This document shows, piece after piece, positions 23,378 through 27,207 of a DNA stretch of 27,207 bases. Every line of letters starts with the position of its first letter. Position 1 is the stretch's first letter. The DNA is taken from positions 1-27,207 of IMG/VR virus record IMGVR_UViG_3300032931_000218, one strand, 5' to 3'. The notes under the pieces are model-generated. The model was not told where the DNA came from. It did not search any database and saw only the letters and a list, made by a program, of their open reading frames with translations. The DNA comes from a virus (Duplodnaviria; Caudoviricetes). The translations under genes were made by a program, and so were the position numbers.

Positions 23378-23657
23378 TCGTTATGATGCACTCACAGTTA
23401 GCAAATATGTTGATCGCAATGGTGATGAGAAAAGTTTTTTCACCAAGATCGGCACAATGTTCCAGAGCAAAAACGGCGATACATACAGCTTGGAACTTAT
23501 TGCGCTTCCTATCGCTGATAAGGAAGGCAAGGTGCGCTTATTTCTCAAGCCACCGGAACAGCGCGAGGGAGCGCAACAGGTCTCGCGTAGCGCCCCTCGT
23601 CCTGCGTCTCGTCAAGAAGCGCCTGACAATGATGTAAACGATAGCATTCCCTTCTAG
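23370..23657 (+). CDS. Single-stranded DNA-binding-like protein
   Basis: Short OB-fold-like beta-rich domain with the acidic tail DNDVNDSIPF, next to the annealase. Confidence 0.7.
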   Translation: MANRYDALTVSKYVDRNGDEKSFFTKIGTMFQSKNGDTYSLELIALPIADKEGKVRLFLKPPEQREGAQQVSRSAPRPASRQEAPDNDVNDSIPF

Positions 23658-24151
23658 TGGACATCCTCACTCCTAGGGGGCAGGAGTCGAGGAAGTGGGA
23701 GGATCGGGCCGTAAAGATCTGGTCCTCCCATTACCCTGATATAATCTATGCCTCTACCGACAAAGACACGCCGTGCGTTGTTGATGCGGTCCTCGTGAAA
23801 AATAGTAAGATCATCGGTGTGGTGGAGCAGAAATCAAGGCCCGGCATGACCATCCTTGATTTCAACGTGACCTACGAGAAACGCTGGCTTGTAACTCAAA
23901 AGAAGCTGGATGGTGCCTCAGAGATCGCGCAGGCCCTGCAAACCAAACTGGTTGGTTTCCTATACTTCCCCGAAGCGGATGTGCTGTTGGTCAAGACGCT
24001 GATGGCCCCCGGCAAAGGGTGGGTAGCAGACATAAGGACAGAACGAACCAAAACACAGGCAACAATTAATGGAGGTAGCGCAGTGCGCCTCAATGCCTAC
24101 ATCGACATGAATGATGCGCTCGTGCTGTATGGAGACAATGATGAACCCTGA
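23657..24151 (+). CDS. PD-(D/E)xK nuclease-like protein
   Basis: E in the first helix, then VDAVL and VEQKSR. GTG start overlaps the upstream stop. Confidence 0.55.
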   Translation: MDILTPRGQESRKWEDRAVKIWSSHYPDIIYASTDKDTPCVVDAVLVKNSKIIGVVEQKSRPGMTILDFNVTYEKRWLVTQKKLDGASEIAQALQTKLVGFLYFPEADVLLVKTLMAPGKGWVADIRTERTKTQATINGGSAVRLNAYIDMNDALVLYGDNDEP

Positions 24152-24458
24152 TCAACCCCTTAGCGAGCAGTTTAGAATCGTAGCGAAGAAGTGGGTCGAT
24201 GCTGATTCAGCAGCCAGCCTGCTAGAGGAGACTAAAAGTGCTGTCCTTGCACGAATGATGGCGGGACAGGGCGACATGCCGGTGAACCGCGCAGAGCTTA
24301 ACGTGAAGTCCTCTGAAGAGTGGTTGGACTTCATCACAAAAATGGTAAAGGCGCGTGAAAGGGCTGCGCTGTTGAAAGTGCAGCTTGAATATCTTCGGAT
24401 GCGTTTTAGCGAATGGCAATCACACGCAGCAACCCGTAGAGCGGAGATGAAACTATGA
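24138..24458 (+). CDS. Helical hypothetical phage protein
   Basis: GGAG RBS, all-alpha pattern LSEQFRIVAKKWVDAD...; possibly a recombination accessory (weak). Confidence 0.7.
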   Translation: MMNPDQPLSEQFRIVAKKWVDADSAASLLEETKSAVLARMMAGQGDMPVNRAELNVKSSEEWLDFITKMVKARERAALLKVQLEYLRMRFSEWQSHAATRRAEMKL

Positions 24459-24697
24459 ATGAGTTGTCGAACGAAGAGTGGGAAGCCGTAGCCACAGACA
24501 TGACGGATCAGATCACCGAGATCATTGACGGAAAAGATAGCGACATGATCATTGAGGTTTTAGCATGTATCGTAGCCGATATGCTGGCACCGTTTGAGGC
24601 CAAGGACGGCATCCAACTGACGTTGGCCTTTACCGCCGAAATTTTGGACAAGGCCTATGGCATGGAGACCGAAATTAACCATGAGACAGTGCAGTGA
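24455..24697 (+). CDS. Acidic hypothetical protein
   Basis: 80 aa, coupled at both ends. Confidence 0.65.
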   Translation: MNELSNEEWEAVATDMTDQITEIIDGKDSDMIIEVLACIVADMLAPFEAKDGIQLTLAFTAEILDKAYGMETEINHETVQ

Positions 24698-25041
24698 AAC
24701 GGGTCCGCATAACAGCTAAAATGCGGGCCGACATTTTCTTGTCGCGCGGCGGCTCATGCCACCTGTGCAACATGAAAGTCGTCCCCGGAGAGGATTGGGA
24801 TGTTAGCCACGATATACCTTTGGAGGCTGGTGGTAAGGACGATGCAACTAATTGGTTCGTTGCTCATCGCAAGTGCCACCGGGTTCATACTAGCACTGTG
24901 GACGCTCCCCTGATCGCAAAAGTAAAACGGATTCATCAAAGGCACATTGGAGCCAAGAAATCTAAAACTCCCATGCCGCTAGGGCGCGGATCACAATGGA
25001 AGAAGAAGATGGACGGAAGTGTAGTAAGGAGAGAAAAGTGA
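24694..25041 (+). CDS. HNH endonuclease
   Basis: CHLC...VSHDIPLEAGGKDDATNW..AHRKCH. Confidence 0.85.
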   Translation: MKRVRITAKMRADIFLSRGGSCHLCNMKVVPGEDWDVSHDIPLEAGGKDDATNWFVAHRKCHRVHTSTVDAPLIAKVKRIHQRHIGAKKSKTPMPLGRGSQWKKKMDGSVVRREK

Positions 25042-25298
25042 ACGTAGCAATCACTCTAAACATACCTAGTAATCAAAAATTACCCACTGAACAGGGACAT
25101 TTGATCCAACAGGTATATGTGGCATTGGGTGTTGAGGGCTGGGAAAATGTGATGAAGATGTTGCACAACAGCGACTTCATTCTGGGCCGGGAGTTTTACG
25201 TAAAAAAGAAAATCGACGGGGCCAAATATTTGGAAGACCGTGGAGAGATCGTCATCAACTGCCAAATGATTGGCAAAATCAAACCCTTCTTTGAGTGA
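25038..25298 (+). CDS. Hypothetical protein
   Basis: GTGA overlap with the HNH stop and a TAAGGAG RBS. Confidence 0.55.
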   Translation: MNVAITLNIPSNQKLPTEQGHLIQQVYVALGVEGWENVMKMLHNSDFILGREFYVKKKIDGAKYLEDRGEIVINCQMIGKIKPFFE

Positions 25299-25306
25299 GG
25301 AAAAAC

Positions 25307-25672
25307 ATGGACTACCGCGAAATCATGCACGAAGCAGCCAAGACCTTCAACAATCGCAACCCACAGTACGGTGACATGAAAGCAGGAATGGACAGGGTAG
25401 CTGAAATAGCCACCCTCATCACGGGGATTCATTTGACAAGCCATGATGTGGCGCTTGTTCTTCATGCCGTAAAACTGTCCCGCCTCAACAATGATCGCAG
25501 CAATCCAGATCATTATATTGATGGCGTCAATTATCTGGCATTTGCTGGAGAATTGATCCAGCCTGAAAGGATCGAACCAGATGCGGCCACAGTGGCGCGC
25601 GTTGATGATGACATGGCAAACATGATTGCCAAGTTCTCAGATCTTACCGCAACAACACATCAGGGCAACTGA
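25307..25672 (+). CDS. DUF6378-like protein (nucleotide-modification-associated fold)
   Basis: R..QYGD...R.A.I.......DVA..L..VKLSR.....DHYIDGVNYLA. Confidence 0.75.
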   Translation: MDYREIMHEAAKTFNNRNPQYGDMKAGMDRVAEIATLITGIHLTSHDVALVLHAVKLSRLNNDRSNPDHYIDGVNYLAFAGELIQPERIEPDAATVARVDDDMANMIAKFSDLTATTHQGN

Positions 25673-25676
25673 GAAA

Positions 25677-25898
25677 ATGGCGTCTAACTCGGACATCTAT
25701 CGGCGAGTTAGATCCAGCGGAATCCGAATGGATGAGTTAAAGTACTCATCTTGTCGATTCATCATCAGTTCTAATGATGCTTTGTCCACTCGGTACTGTG
25801 GGAAAGAGCGTGAGCGTGGGGCTTATTGCAAACAGCATGGAGCCCTTTGTTATCTCCCCAAGCCTGTCAAAAAATCAAAAGTTGACACGAGTGCATAG
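25677..25898 (+). CDS. GcrA C-terminal domain-like protein
   Basis: MDELKYSSCRFII...YCG......YCKQH...CY matches the GcrA Cys/His domain. The N-terminal HTH is absent. Confidence 0.8.
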   Translation: MASNSDIYRRVRSSGIRMDELKYSSCRFIISSNDALSTRYCGKERERGAYCKQHGALCYLPKPVKKSKVDTSA

Positions 25899-25909
25899 TG
25901 TGGCAAACT

Positions 25910-25933
25910 AAAAAAACCAAGGAATAGTCCTTG
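25910..25933 (-). terminator. Possible minus-strand intrinsic terminator
   Basis: On the minus strand CAAGGA-CTAT-TCCTTG followed by G and a T run. Confidence 0.5.
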
Positions 25934-25992
25934 AGTAGGAAGCTCGGCGCTTCTAGCTCAGTCTCTGTTGATTGGTCGTAAACGCTCACTTG

Positions 25993-26027
25993 CCCCAGCC
26001 TGAATGAACGGGCTGGGGTTTTTCTTT
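25993..26027 (+). terminator. Intrinsic terminator
   Basis: CCCCAGCC...GGCTGGGG followed by TTTTTCTTT. Confidence 0.8.
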
Positions 26028-26028
26028 A

Positions 26029-26205
26029 TTAGGCAGGAAGTATCACCAACTCGCCCGCAGCGACAAGCTTCATCATGTTGTCGTAGTCGGCATTCCCCGG
26101 CTGAATAGGCACACCGGCTGGAGTCCCATTAATCAGAACTGAGATGTAGGTGTTCTGCGTTGCGGGAGGGATGATGACATATTTGGCATCAGCATAGGTT
26201 GGCAT
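26029..26205 (-). CDS. Small tail-fibre-associated protein (58 aa, not in ORF track)
   Basis: MPTYADAKYV...VPIQPGNADYDNMMKLVAAGELVILPA. GGAG RBS. The P..P.N.DY motif is typical of small genes following such fibres. Confidence 0.65.
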   Translation of the reverse strand: MPTYADAKYVIIPPATQNTYISVLINGTPAGVPIQPGNADYDNMMKLVAAGELVILPA

Positions 26206-26207
26206 GA

Positions 26208-27206
26208 TTAAAACTCCGCATCTAGAATCGCAGGGGCATCAACAGGCATTCCACTATATTCAGATTGGATGTAGGGCCTGTAAGAGGTAAGGCTAGAAAA
26301 CGTGCCAGCGGTCCAAGTGAAACTCTGGTACTGCGATGTTGCAGCTTGACCAGAAGATGAGATAATGGACCAGCCGCCCGTAGCTTGTGCGTAATTGGCT
26401 GTTGTGTCGGTGAAGTTGAGCTTCCCGCCACTGCCGACATTGCCCGTGGCAGTAGGTGTCGTTCTCATAGGCACAGGGGTTTGAAGGAGGCCCGTTATCA
26501 CTCCTGCGAACAATGCCTGATCGGAGCCCCAACCATTCAGGAAGTACCCTTTGTAATAGTACCTCTGGCATTGAGCCAGTTGATCGCTGTAAATTTGCAC
26601 TTGATACGGGGTCGCAGAATCTCCAACCTCAAACTGGACGCCAGTGATATAGAACGTCGCAGATGAAGTGCTGACAATCGGAACAACGCCTGTGGGGGCG
26701 ATGATGTTGCCACCAACCCAAGCCCCTGCCGTGCCGGAATAGGTAGCTCCGGTTCCCACAGAGAACACCAGAATAACGCTGCCTGCGTTATCGGTAGGCC
26801 AAACGCCAGTTGTTGGGCCGGGGATCGTAAGCTCTACAGTCGTCCATGTGTTGGCAACAGGGATGCTGAAGGAGAACGGGTAGGAATAGGAATGCGCGAA
26901 GTTTTGAACCGCGCCACCAAAGGTTCCGGCTATAGAGCTACGCGCCACAAAAGATAGGGTGATGGTTTTCGCAGTCGATGTGCCCCATGAAAGGTCCGTT
27001 ATGTTCAGCCCCTCAATTGTTTGGCCGACATTGAAAAAATCGGCGCTCAGTGGGGTATAGGCAGATATGGTTTGAACGCCGAGATATTTTGTAAAACCGG
27101 TGGGCGGGGTGGTGCTGCCAAGATTCTGCCCAACAGATACTTTTCCGTTGACGCTGCACAGCAGGAACCAACGATCAGTCGCAAATGTGCCAGTCGCGCT
27201 TGTGGG
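26208..27206 (-). CDS. Tail fibre / carbohydrate-binding structural protein (5' end outside window)
   Basis: Frame is open to the window edge: DRW...GQTIEG.N..DL.WGT..AKTITLSF.ARSS..GTFGG...ITGVQFEVG..AT...L..CQRYY...PVPMRTTPT...LDAEF. Confidence 0.75.
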   Translation of the reverse strand, partial: PTSATGTFATDRWFLLCSVNGKVSVGQNLGSTTPPTGFTKYLGVQTISAYTPLSADFFNVGQTIEGLNITDLSWGTSTAKTITLSFVARSSIAGTFGGAVQNFAHSYSYPFSFSIPVANTWTTVELTIPGPTTGVWPTDNAGSVILVFSVGTGATYSGTAGAWVGGNIIAPTGVVPIVSTSSATFYITGVQFEVGDSATPYQVQIYSDQLAQCQRYYYKGYFLNGWGSDQALFAGVITGLLQTPVPMRTTPTATGNVGSGGKLNFTDTTANYAQATGGWSIISSSGQAATSQYQSFTWTAGTFSSLTSYRPYIQSEYSGMPVDAPAILDAEF

Positions 27207-27207
27207 G

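Noticed and set aside
24694-25041. Mobile homing endonuclease or intron
   Set aside because: Short stand-alone HNH, translationally coupled within an operon, not interrupting any gene.

Overview
The whole window is a segment of a tailed dsDNA phage (Caudoviricetes, P22-like portal). The host is most likely an alphaproteobacterium, inferred from GcrA-, GapR-, CtrA/OmpR- and DnaA-domain-IV-like genes. From right to left: the end of a tail-fibre-like gene and a small partner gene (minus strand); a rightward recombination/early operon (Gp157-like, Rad52-like annealase, SSB-like, PD-(D/E)xK, HNH, DUF6378, GcrA-like); a divergent Cro-like gene with no cI beside it; RusA; GapR-like; small early genes; a lambda-O-like initiator with internal iterons; a DnaA-C-terminal protein; ParB-like and ParB/MT-A70 methyltransferase genes; terS; ten small accessory genes; terL; portal; and four putative virion/internal proteins. 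Two candidate systems stand out. (1) The four post-portal proteins are built from modules, including two ADP-ribosyltransferase-like domains, separated by a recurring [A/K/E]-x-G-G motif, often next to a short 'KAL/RAL' helix. This suggests a head-packaged, proteolytically processed effector polyprotein system. (2) Three promoters share CATGCAGAG-TTGACA-TG, a GANTC (CcrM) site in the spacer and a 5' hairpin with a UGGA(U/C) loop; two also have a perfect DnaA box upstream. The same phage encodes mimics of host cell-cycle regulators. All family assignments come from motifs recognised by eye, with no database searches.
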